NCBI RefSeq assembly: GCF_000142905.1
Contig: NW_013657659.1
Span: forward strand, 398,442-462,441
Direction of reading: 5' to 3'
Length of the DNA: 64,000 nucleotides
DNA from: Thecamonas trahens ATCC 50062
Taxonomy: Eukaryota > Protista > Apusomonadida
The position numbers were made by a program, and so were the translations under genes. Below are positions 12,712-22,930 of this stretch, piece by piece. The first letter of the stretch is position 1; each line of letters begins with the position of its first letter. The notes below the pieces were generated by a model, which did not search any database, had not been told where the DNA came from, and was given only the letters and a program-made list of their open reading frames with translations.

Positions 12712-12730
12712 GTATGGCCATGTCCAGTGA
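7264..12730 (+). CDS. SPT6: Transcription elongation factor / histone chaperone SPT6; frame change near 7675
   Basis: Acidic N-terminus; YEPEELKARYFTARDNEIRREDLPERFQ; VPFIMMYRKE; YqgF-like domain; LKFVAGLGHRKA (HhH); TRIHPEWY; S1; tandem SH2 (FRPSSKGVDKLTLTWKV). The acidic ORF from ATG 7264 joins only via a frameshift or an unresolved intron. Confidence 0.93.
12318..12710 (+). repeat. Coding tandem repeat (about 21 nt, QQQGYGG) plus polyQ at the SPT6 C-terminus
   Basis: About 17 copies of CAGCAGGGCTACGGTGG variants, then a CAG run. Confidence 0.95.
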
Positions 12731-12841
12731 TGAAAAATTGCTCATGGGATCATTGGGGAGGGAGGGGGTAGGGGTAGTGGCGGCGGGCAGCGAGTGCGGC
12801 GAGAGCAAGACGTATCTCGCAACAAGACAGACCTGACTGGC

Positions 12842-14331
12842 ATGCCTTGGATCGAGGTGGTGGTGCGGGCTCCTGGTCTCCCTCCAGGTGTAGCAGACTC
12901 TGCGCAGGTGTTTGTAGCCAACACCAAGACGGTATGAGTGGCAGAGGAGGGGTGGGGTGGGGGGGGGGGAGGGGGGGCGACATGGGGCGACATGGAGCGA
13001 CATGGGGCGACATGGGGCGACATGGGGCGACATGGCTGACACAGGGCGTACATGGGGGGGGATGGCCGCTTGGTGTCCAGGTCAACGAGCAGCTTGGGGA
13101 TATCGCATGTGGACTGGTGGCGGGCGGGACGGGAGGTGGCGAGGCTGCGACGGCAAGGGGAAGGAAGAGCAAGGCAACGCCGGAGGAACTGGTGGCGGCA
13201 GTGCTGGAGAGCTGCGAGTTATGGCATGGCATGGAGGAGGATGGTGCGGCGGTGCCAGCTTGGATCAAGGGCTCAAAGTTGGTGACAAGGCAGATCAATG
13301 GCAATCGTTGTCCGTATCAGATCCCGCTCCGCCCGGGCGCACGGCTGGTCTTTGCAGAGCCAGCAGGCGCAGCAGCTAGCGCCGGCAAGGGCAAGGCTAG
13401 CATGAGGGAGGATGACAAGCTCTCCGAGCCGCTGTCGGATGATGACTTGGAGGAGGCGCCGCGGCAATCGATGGACGAGGGCGCCGGGCAAAGTGAAGCG
13501 GCGCGGCGGACAAATCCCTACAAGCGGCGGCGACAGCGACGGTGCGTCGGATGCGCACGGACGGTGCACGGCTTTGACAAACGAGTCGAGGTGGCCGGTG
13601 CCCGCGGCGAGCAGTGGCTCTTCCATCCGCAGTGCTTCACCTGCTCGGTCTGCTTTGTGGTCCTCGACGCCGGCTCGCCCGCGACGTGGGTGCTCGATGC
13701 CGAGACCGGCAAGATTGTGTGCATCGGGCGCGAGGCGGCACACGTGGAGCTGCCGCGCAAGGTTGCGGCGCGGAGCACTGAAGCAGCGGTTGCGACGTGC
13801 ACCAAGTGCAAGGCGCCGGTCTTTCGTTTTGAGCAGGCAGTGGTTGGCGCCGACGACGAGTGCGGCTTGTGCCAGGCTGTGGGAGTGGCGAGCAAGCTGG
13901 AGCTCGCGGATGGGGCAGCAGTGGCGCATGCGCGGTGCTGCGTGTGTCGGCTTTGCGCGCGGCCGCTGGAGTTTGGCGCCGACGGGCAAATGGCGTGCGG
14001 AGTCGAGTGCGATGTGGCGGCTGCGGCCGGCGAGGAGGCGCGAGCGGCAGCGGCCGCGCACAACTCGGCCGCGAGCAAGTGTCCCGAGTGCCGGCGGCCG
14101 GTCTTTGGCTTTGACGCGGCCGTAGAGCTCCGCGGAGCGTGCAAGGTGTGGAACCGGCAGACACAGCGTGAGAGCGGACTGCAGGCTGTGGCGATCCACG
14201 TGGCGTGCTTTACCTGCCGCGAGTGCTTCAAGCCGCTTCCTGTGGGCAGCAACGGTGTGGTGGAGGCGGCGCATCGCGACGACGTAACGTGCGCGGGGTG
14301 TGTGGAGCGGCGGGAGACAAAGACCAGATGA
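12842..14331 (+). CDS. Three-LIM-domain zinc-finger protein with possible N-terminal ubiquitin-like domain; predicted intron 12932-13080
   Basis: CxxC..HxxCFxCxxC repeats (CVGC..HPQCFTCSVC; CTKC..HARCCVCRLC; CPEC..HVACFTCREC..CAGC). A 30-codon exon with GTATGA donor, CTGAC branch point and TCCAG acceptor joins in phase 0. Confidence 0.75.
12976..13035. repeat. Intronic 10-bp minisatellite (CATGGGGCGA)n
   Basis: About 5.5 near-perfect copies after a G-run. Confidence 0.9.
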
Positions 14332-14358
14332 AGGCGGTTTATGTGTGGGGCCGGACAA

Positions 14359-15015
14359 TTACGAGAGGGTGCCAAACTTGTTCGAAGTGCGGAGGCGGAG
14401 GTGAGCCGGGCGGGTGTCGACCCAGCCGCCGGCGGAGCGAGCGGGCATAGCGGCACCGCCGCGGCGGCGGCGGCCACTGCCGACGACAGAAAAGCCGTCG
14501 TTAATGTCGGCTTGGATGTCGACGTCCTTGGCGGCGGCGAGGGTGGGGAAGGCGGCGGTGGAGAGCTCGGTCTCCGACTCTGCAGGAGCGGCCGGGGTGG
14601 CCCAGCCAGTCTTGCGGACCGGGGCGGCAGCCTCTTCCACCTCGTCAGTGTCAGCCTCGGGAGCATCGATGGGGGCATCCATAGGATGGAGAGTGATGTC
14701 GTCGTCGACGACATCCTCCTCGACCTCCTCTGCAGCCTCTGCGGCGAGGGTGGAGAAACCGACGACGGAACGCGAGCTGGCGTGGACGACCGGCCCGGTG
14801 TTCTCATCAGGCTCCTCAACCCAGCCAGCAGAGGAGATGAGCTCCTCAGCACGAGCGTTGGCTTCCAGAGCCACAGCAGCCTGTGCGTCCATCTCCACCT
14901 CCTCCTCCATGGCAATGGCCGAGGCGGCAGCAAGGTTGATCTTCACGGGCTTGAACTTCTTCCCGGTCGCCTTCTTGGCAAAGAACGAGCTGAGCTTGGT
15001 CTTGTTGTCGGACAT
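14359..15015 (-). CDS. Acidic disordered protein, CDV3-like
   Basis: N-terminal LSSFFAKK..KK, acidic middle, AFPTLAA and terminal RPAHLR..SNKFGTL resemble short motifs of the CDV3 family. Confidence 0.5.
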   Translation of the reverse strand: MSDNKTKLSSFFAKKATGKKFKPVKINLAAASAIAMEEEVEMDAQAAVALEANARAEELISSAGWVEEPDENTGPVVHASSRSVVGFSTLAAEAAEEVEEDVVDDDITLHPMDAPIDAPEADTDEVEEAAAPVRKTGWATPAAPAESETELSTAAFPTLAAAKDVDIQADINDGFSVVGSGRRRRGGAAMPARSAGGWVDTRPAHLRLRTSNKFGTLS

Positions 15016-16415
15016 GGTATCCAGTCTGGTCAGTCTTGAGTAACAAAGGTAGTAGACGGTGCCGTTACGGCGGGGTAGCGGTACGAGGGGGGGACGGGGG
15101 GAGAGGGGGTGGGGGGGGGTGGGCGAGAAAAGGGTCGCAAAGAGCCTTTGAATAATCTCACCAAAAGTGTGAGAAGAGCGAGCAGGGGTTCGGCTTGGGT
15201 ATGGGCAAGATAATAGCCGAAGGAGGAGGGGGGATGAGGTGGGTGACGGGGAGGGTGGCAGAAACGCCCGGACGGTCCGACTGGTGCTAAGCTTGGTCTT
15301 GAAGCTGCCTTTGGTGGGGTGTTGTCGCCTCTCGACGTGTCTGCCTCGGCCACATGGGATCACCGTCACGATCAACATCGGTGGCAATCGTGATCGTGAT
15401 CGTGATCGTGATCTTGTTATCGGTGCTGGCAACCGGGTGCTGAGAAGGGAGGAGAGGGGGGGGGGCATATATATATTTATATATATGTATACTAGCCGGT
15501 ACTACGTCATGTCTCCGACCATTGCTGCCACCTTGAGCCCGCACAAGCCCGCACAATGCCTTTGACAGCTTGTACGTGTTGTTTTGGAGTTGTGGTGGGT
15601 GTGCCTGAGATGTGCTCTGGTGGCCGACGCTCACCGCTGCTGAGCACACATCATCAACATGTGGCACAGGTAAACGTGGCACAGGTACACGTGGCCCAGG
15701 TACGCCTGCTGTCCTCGTCATACCATTTCAAGACCGACATCGAGAAGGAGTCATCCGGCCAGTCGACCGATGATCTCCCGGAAGGAACCACACCCCGTCT
15801 CGCCACACTCGATGGCATCGGTATGGTCCGCATCAAGTCATTCGACGGAGAGATTCGTTGAGAAGGCGCGCCAACTCGTCTCCGGTCGCCCCGCGCCAGG
15901 CACAGCCATTACCCCACATCCGAACGATATATAGAGCGAGAGCACCAGAGATAGAGAGAGAGAGGAAGAGAGTGTGTGTGTGTCACACCAAGACCAAGTC
16001 TACGTACTCGCCACCACCGCCACCAACCACCCCTGCTGCACCAGCCCACCCCGGCCTCTCCCCCCCCCCCCCTCCCGTATCCCAGGGGGAACAGACATCG
16101 GCTGGCAGGGACGACATCATCCACCCACACAGCCAGCAACTGGAAGAAGTCGAGACGGTGCTGGAAATTGCGCAGATCGCACAGTCATCGGCTTTGTACT
16201 TGCGTCGTCTTTCGCTTCTCCGTGGCGTGGTCAGACCCGTGGCGCCAGGTGGTGCTGCTCTGGTACTCGGCGTTGGCTGGTGACACAGCTGCTGACAGAT
16301 ACCGCACGGCGCAGCAAGAGGTGCAACGACAAGCACAAGGCTCATACTCGCTGACAGAAGGGGACATCGGCTCGCTGAGAGGAGAAGACAGTTGCTGAGC
16401 TGAAATCGTTCGGCC

Positions 16416-18683
16416 ATGTCGTCTTTCTCATCGCTCTCGCCGCTCTCGGCCTACCCGCCGAGTCAGACAGAGAGTCCGTACGCGAGGGATGGAGGGCGTG
16501 GATTCCATCGGGGCTCTGGCGAGGAAGCGCGGCACTGGCAGCGTGACGAGTATGGGTACGACGGCGGCCACCGTTGCGGCGCGTCGGTGGCAAGCGCAGC
16601 ATCGGGCACAAGCTACGGCGACTCGTTCCGCCGCCGCCAGATCCACTCGCGCGCCAACTCGATCGAGTCCAATCGTTCGGTCATGTCCGCCAGAACAGAG
16701 TCCGGTCGGACCTCGCGAGAGATGTACCGCGAGGCAGCCGAGCGTCGCCGCCGAGCCGCGCGCCGGAAGCAGGCCGCGCGCCGCAAGGCTATGGCCGAGG
16801 AGCGGGCGCTGCTCGAGGAGCGTCGCGCGCGTAAGGAGGCGTACTACGTCGGCAACGTGTCGATGGCATCCGCAGCGTCGCGGCACGATGCGTCGATGCG
16901 GTCCCAGGCTTCCCAGGCGTCGACAGCGTCGCGGCCGCACTCGCGCGTCCTCTCACGGCGAGCGTCGTCGCGGACGTGGTCACGAGCACCGTCGCGCGCC
17001 CGCTCCCGCGACGGCTCCATCCCGGCCTGGAACGCCCGGCAAGGCTCCCAGCTTGCTGACGCCTACGCCGACGACGCCATGATTAGCCAGCTGCTGGCCA
17101 TGCCGTCGTCGTCGCGCCCGTCGTCGCGCGCCTCGTCATTGGCGTCGGCGCCGTCGGTCGCCATCCCATCCCGCCGTGGCCCACTGAGGGCCCCGCGCCG
17201 GGCCAACGCGCTGTCAGCGCTCATCGGCGACGGCCACGCATCGCCCAAGGCCTCGCCCAAGCGGTACGCTGGCTACCGATCCGACTCGTCGTCGGATGAG
17301 AGCGGCGACAACGGGTCTGCTGGCATGCCGTCGGTCTGCGCACCCAGCCCGCGCCTCGCGCCGCGATACTCGCAACCACGCGAGACCGCGGCCGAGCCGC
17401 AGCTCCACCGCGAGCACGACAGCGGTGGTTACGCCAGCAGAGGGCAGGCGCATCGCGGCGGGGCTGGGCGTCCAAGTTCCGCCACCGCGCGTGCTGCCGC
17501 GCTCGACCGGCTGCGAGAGAAGGAGCGCCGGCGGTCGCTGGCCAAGGTCTCGGCCGACCAGTTCAAGGTGCCAGAGCGGCGGCCGGCACCGGCCGCACCA
17601 CCGCGAGTCGTCTCCGAGTTCAAGGCTTCGCAACTCGCCGAGCAGTACTTTACCCGCCACGAGCCGATGGTGCCCGAGCTTCAGGACAAGGTCGGCCTTG
17701 CAGCCCGGCCTTCGACCGCCGAGCTCGCCGCCAAGATGCAGGGCTACGACAGAAGCGAGGTGCAGAAGCTCGCTCGCCGCGCCAGTGCGCAGCCGCGGTC
17801 CATCGTCCGTGCCGCAGGCACCCTCCGCGGCATCGTGCCCGAGACCGAGCTCTCACACGAGGAGGAGCGCATCCTCAAGTCGATTGCGCGTCTCAATCTT
17901 GAGCTCGAGAAGGCCCGCGCCGAGGGCAGCCGCACCGAGAGCGCTCGCGGCTCCGAGGCCCCGGTCGACTCGCGCCAGCACCCGCGCCAGCGCCCGCGCC
18001 AGCTGCGACGCCCTCGCGCCACCGCCCGCCGCCCACGTAACTCGCCGCTGCCCGGCCCGCTTCCGCCGACCCGTGCTGACTCTGCGACCAGCTCGCAGCG
18101 ATTCGAGTCGCCGCGGCTGGCGTCGCCGGCGCTGTCGTCGGCTAGGTCGTCGGGTGCGCCATCGCGGGCCTCGTCGCACCGCCCCTCGCGCGCGCGTTCT
18201 GCGCGATCCCTGACATCCGCCGCGTCGTCGCGGTCGACAGCATCGTCAACATCGTCGTACGCAGCGCGGATGATGCGCCGCAAAAAGGTCGGCGTCGCTG
18301 CGGCGTCGGGCCTCCCGCAGCGCGGCATTCGCCGCGGCGGTTCACGCTGGCGGGTGCCGTCGGTCTCGGACGCTCGCGTCTCGGCCGCTCGAGCGTCGGG
18401 CGCTCCGGCCCGCACGCTCCCGCCAATGCCGACCGCCGCAGCCGAGCTCTCGCGGGCCTCGCCGCGGCACAAGCCCATCATCAAGCCGCGCCACCGCCCT
18501 CCACGCCGCATGCCGCCAGCTATGGCCTCTCCCGAGCCGGCGGTGCCATCGCCGGCCCGCCCACTCCTGTCGTCGTCCGACGACGACTCGCCGCTTCCGC
18601 CGCCGGCAGACAAGCCAGCCGTTGTCCACGTCCGCGAGTCAAAGCGTTCGTTGGTGGCTCGGCTGTTCGGCAACGCCGGCTAG
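16416..18683 (+). CDS. Hypothetical Ser/Arg/Ala-rich protein with short coiled coils
   Basis: 755-aa ORF with host-like codon usage; EEERILKSIARLNLELEK coiled segment. Confidence 0.65.
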   Translation: MSSFSSLSPLSAYPPSQTESPYARDGGRGFHRGSGEEARHWQRDEYGYDGGHRCGASVASAASGTSYGDSFRRRQIHSRANSIESNRSVMSARTESGRTSREMYREAAERRRRAARRKQAARRKAMAEERALLEERRARKEAYYVGNVSMASAASRHDASMRSQASQASTASRPHSRVLSRRASSRTWSRAPSRARSRDGSIPAWNARQGSQLADAYADDAMISQLLAMPSSSRPSSRASSLASAPSVAIPSRRGPLRAPRRANALSALIGDGHASPKASPKRYAGYRSDSSSDESGDNGSAGMPSVCAPSPRLAPRYSQPRETAAEPQLHREHDSGGYASRGQAHRGGAGRPSSATARAAALDRLREKERRRSLAKVSADQFKVPERRPAPAAPPRVVSEFKASQLAEQYFTRHEPMVPELQDKVGLAARPSTAELAAKMQGYDRSEVQKLARRASAQPRSIVRAAGTLRGIVPETELSHEEERILKSIARLNLELEKARAEGSRTESARGSEAPVDSRQHPRQRPRQLRRPRATARRPRNSPLPGPLPPTRADSATSSQRFESPRLASPALSSARSSGAPSRASSHRPSRARSARSLTSAASSRSTASSTSSYAARMMRRKKVGVAAASGLPQRGIRRGGSRWRVPSVSDARVSAARASGAPARTLPPMPTAAAELSRASPRHKPIIKPRHRPPRRMPPAMASPEPAVPSPARPLLSSSDDDSPLPPPADKPAVVHVRESKRSLVARLFGNAG

Positions 18684-19213
18684 GCCTTGTCCTCAGCCTG
18701 AGCTTCGGCCTTGGCCTTGGCCTGCCGCTCGATGCGGGCTTTGAGCGCCTCGAGCGTCGACTCGAGCTCGTTGGCGTGGTCGGCCACATACTCCAGCGCA
18801 TCGGCTCCGTCCAGCTTTCGCAGCTCCTTGCCCTTGGCCTTCAGAATGGCCTCGAGCGTGCCAGGCGGGGCGCCGGACCCGCCGGCGTCGGTCCAGCCGA
18901 GGTTGTCGGCGACGAGATGGTGCGACTGGCAGCCATCGCAGCGGACGAGCACCACACCATGGTGGTAGGCATGCCTGGAAAAGGTCTTGGCCGACCGTGT
19001 CTCACACACATCGCAGGTAAAGACCATCATCAGCGTCCCGTCAGGGTCATCCACCGCCCCGCCGTCGCCGCTCCCGCCAGCCAGCGACGAGCTGAGCCGA
19101 GCCGCCCGCCGCCAAGTCGCCGCAGCCCCGCCGGCCGCCACCACACCCACATTCGCCTGCCGCAGCATCCTCTGCATCCCGCTCACCACCCGAGCGCCAA
19201 GAATACGCAGCAT
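18680..19213 (-). CDS. DNLZ: DNL-type zinc finger protein (Zim17/Hep1, mtHsp70 escort)
   Basis: FTCDVCETRSAKTFSRHAYHHGVVLVRCDGCQSHHLVADNLGW; Arg-rich presequence. Confidence 0.93.
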   Translation of the reverse strand: MLRILGARVVSGMQRMLRQANVGVVAAGGAAATWRRAARLSSSLAGGSGDGGAVDDPDGTLMMVFTCDVCETRSAKTFSRHAYHHGVVLVRCDGCQSHHLVADNLGWTDAGGSGAPPGTLEAILKAKGKELRKLDGADALEYVADHANELESTLEALKARIERQAKAKAEAQAEDKA

Positions 19214-19628
19214 GACTCGCTCGACCCAAGTGTGTACGCGTCAACTGTTGACGCTGGCAGGCCAATCTCCTGGTCGCTGGCGGTCGAGTCGGGCCGACGA
19301 GACACGAGCGAGGGATCCAATTTGTCGCGCCGGCAGGGAGGACTGGAAGTAGCCTAGTGTGAGCATGTAGATAGCAAGGCAAACGGATTTTTGTGATCAC
19401 GTTAAAGGTAGTGGGTTGAGGCTGTTGGCGGGAGAAGAAAGAGATCAAAGGTCCTGGGCAGGTTTTGCAGGTGGGAAAGTGCGTGACGGAGGGTGGCGGA
19501 AAGAGAGGAGCGAAAATCGGAGATCACGCTGCGTTGGCATAGTAAACATGGCCAGACATGCTGGTGGGGGGCAGAAGCAACCAGGTCAGACGAGAGGCGG
19601 CGGCTTTATCGAGCTCATAACGTGCAGG

Positions 19629-21400
19629 CTACGGATCGCGAGGAGTAAGCGAAGGAGTGCGGGCGCCACCGCGGATGTTGAGAGCGATGGAGCCAGAGAT
19701 TGAGCCGGTGACCAGACCGCCCTTGAGCAGGCGGAGCGAGAACGGGGCATCGGGCGCGGTTTCGTCGTCGTCAGGGAGGCGGATGTGCGGGCCGAGCGGG
19801 AGTTTGGCCTCACCGCGGGAGGTGCCGGATTTTGCGTCGATGACGGCGAGGATGATGGACTGCTTGGCGATAAAGTCGGGCTCTGAGAGCGAGGGCCGGA
19901 GGAGCGGCAGCGAGTCGCCGTCCCAGTGCGGCTCCCATGACTTTTTGACGACCGACGAGCGAAGGCCGAGCGAGTGCGAGCCCGGGAGGAAGGGAGCCCA
20001 GACGGCGAGGAACGAGTCACCCGGCTTGGCCTTTGAGGCCGGCTGGACGAGGGAGACCGAGATGTCTGAGAGGAGGAGGGCGCAAGGGAGGGCGACGCGG
20101 TCCCAGTGCTCGGGACGGTAGGGGACCTGGACCGAGACGGTGAAGAGGGCAGAGACCGGGGCGTGGTCCGAGGTCATGATGGACTTGCAGTCGGTAAAGT
20201 AGACGAGGTCGGGCTGGTACGTCGGAGACTCGCACTTCCACATGATGCGGTCGCACCAGGCTGGGATGCGCGGGTGTTTGCCGGCGGCGTACGTCCTTGT
20301 GTTGCGAGCGTACTTGTAGGTGCAGGGAAAGTCAAGCGTGGCTTCAGTAAAGCCGACAAAGGCGGCGTCTGCGGCGATCTGGGCCTGGAGCTGGTCGTTG
20401 GCAAAGAGGACGTCCCACGAGCGGAGGAGGTTGAACTCGATGACAGCATCGCGTGGGAGTTCGATGCGGTAGTTGAGGTCGCCGCACCAAAAGACGTAGT
20501 CAGCGACGTTTGTGATGTCAAACTCCTTGTTGGTACCAAGGCGGAGGCCTGCGACGATGTTGGCGTAGTCTGCGTTGCGCTCGGCAATCTTGGACTGGTG
20601 CGCGGCAAGGTGGGCGCCGATGAAGCAGAACGAGGTCTCGAAAAAGTTGAACGAGACAGCAACGCCGCCCTTGTTGCCTGCCACGTTGGCAATGCCTGTG
20701 GCGACCTTGGAGAACTCGACGTCCATGATCTTGTTGTAGTGGCAGGAGCGGACGGCGACGACAAGGCGAATCTCCCACAGCGAGTGCTTGCAAAGGACGA
20801 CATATCCGGGGCCCAGCGCCTCTTGGACGTAGTCGTACCAGTGGTCGCGCGTCTCGCAGGGGATTTTCTTGCCGTGGGCGTCGAGTGGGACGTACTTGCA
20901 CTCTTGGACGCAAAAGGCGTACATGTCGTGCTCGCCGGTCGGTAGGTAGTCGCCGAGCGAGTCGGGTGGTGGCGCATTGCCCATGTTCCACGAGCCGACC
21001 CAGACCGAGAGCGGGAACGAGAGCTGGCCAATCTTATTGCCAGCGTCAATGTGGGTGGCCCAAAGGGTCTCGTACACAAGGTCGCGCCACGACGGTGAGA
21101 GGCAGAGGACGGTGTACGTCGGCGTCTTGCCCTCAAACACAATGTAGAGCTTGTTGGCGTCGGACTTGCACTTTTCGAACCGCCACACGTCGGCGGCGCG
21201 GAGCTCCTTTCGCTTCTCGCCCTTGCGGCGGGTCTGGATGATGGCAAACGATTGCCGCTTGATGTTGACCTCGAGGACCCGCGGCTTAAAGCCCTTGAAA
21301 AAGCCCGAGCCCTTGAGGACGTACACGTCAAAACGCTGGATCGACTTGGCCTCGGTCCGCCGGACTCGGGTCTCGGCGAGCGGCACGACCGGCGAGGCGT

Positions 21401-21431
<31 letters not shown>

Positions 21432-22735
21432 CTTGCTCTCGGCGGCAGCGACTGAGCCGGCCCGCGACGCCCGCCGTTTTGGCCGCAGCGTCATTGACTT
21501 GTTGTCCATGGTGGCAAAGGTCATGAGTTCGACCGACTGCAACGACTCCCAATCGGCGTACGACGGCATGGCCACCTCCTTGGGCGGCGACGAGGTGCTG
21601 GTTGACGGTGCGAGTCCGGACGAGCCGGCCGAGACAAGCGTCGGCTTAGGCGGCCCGTTGTCCGACTCGCTCCCGTTGTCCGGCCGGCTGGCGGCTGCGG
21701 AAGGCGAGCTGGGCTCCGAGACCGAGACCTCGCCCGAGTACGAGCTGATGGAGCCGTCATCACCAGCGGTGCACCCGTCCGACTTTGAGTCCGAGTCCGA
21801 GTCCGAGCTTGAACTGCCGCTCACCCGCTCATTCTGCGAGCGGGAGCGAGAGCGCGAGTGCATCTCATCCGAAGTCGAGCCCATCGACTCGGGGTCGCCG
21901 GTTGGGTAGCGGATGCGGTCGATCTTTTTCTTGTGCTTCTTCCGGCCGCTGCTGCTCCGGGTGGCGCCACTGCCACCAACCTGACGCGGCGAGACAATCC
22001 GCCCAGTTGTGGGCCTTTCGGACGAACGGGTGTTTGTCGCTAGATGCAGATAGTACACCGATCCGTCAGCATCCTGCAGCGAGACCCACTCATCGCGATT
22101 CGACGACACATCCGCAGCCTCTGGTGAGAGAATGCCCTCAGTCCCGTAGTCTGGCGAGACCGATCCACGTCGAATGCGGGAGTTTGCCTGAGGCGGCTCG
22201 ACTGCGTGCGGAAGAGGATGTGAGTTGGTGGAGGGGGGAGGGGGGGGACGGGGGGGGGGGGGTGTGGTGGTTGATCAGCGGGCGATCGATCAGCGGGCGA
22301 TCGATCAGCGGGCGATCGATCAGAGGCAGGCAAGGCGGACGTACGGTAGGCGAGGTCGGAGAGGGTATCCTCCGAGTCTGTGGCGTGTGGGGTGGCGTAT
22401 GCAGAGGAGGTTGGAGTTGTGGCCAGCGGGGTGAGGCAGTCGGTGGTGGTGGTTGTGGTGGTGGGGTTGGCGGCGTTTGCGGCGTTGGCGAGGTCGGCGG
22501 TGGGAGTGGTGCGAGTGGTGGGAGAGCCAGGCGGAGTGACAGCCGAGACAGAGACCAAAGGGTTGGAAGCGAGGGAAGCGAGTTGGGAAGGAGAGGAAGT
22601 GGAAGAGGCTGCAGAAGTAGTGGAAGTGGTGGTGGATGAGGAAGAACCGGATGTCTCTCCATCAGTCGAAGTACTGCTTCCGGAACTGGTGCTGCTCTCA
22701 GAGTCGGAGAAATCAACAGACGCAAGCCGCTGCAT
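19629..22735 (-). CDS. SHIP-type inositol polyphosphate 5-phosphatase (WW - PH-like - 5-Ptase - C2); intron 22202-22344
   Basis: GSWNMGNAPPP, TGIANVAGNKGGV, FWCGDLNYRI, PAWCDRIMWK, IMTSDHAPV; WW-like EWVSLQDADGSVYYLHLATNTRSSERP. A GTACGT donor and CGCAG acceptor join the Ser/Thr-rich exon in phase 1. Confidence 0.9.
22272..22322. repeat. Intronic 15-bp tandem repeat (GATCAGCGGGCGATC)x3
   Basis: Directly visible. Confidence 0.85.
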
Positions 22736-22930
22736 GGCTGGCACCACACGCTTTCCGGCGACGAGTGCTTGTTGCTCAGGACACGGGTCTCATCAGGCGG
22801 TGACGATGAGGCGAGGATGGCCGGCTGTGTTTGCCCCCATCCCACATGCCTCGGCCTGATCGTTCCGCTTCTCGCCCTCTACACCGCTTTCTGTGCCGAT
22901 GGCGGGCGTGTGCGAGCTGTACTGTCTTTG

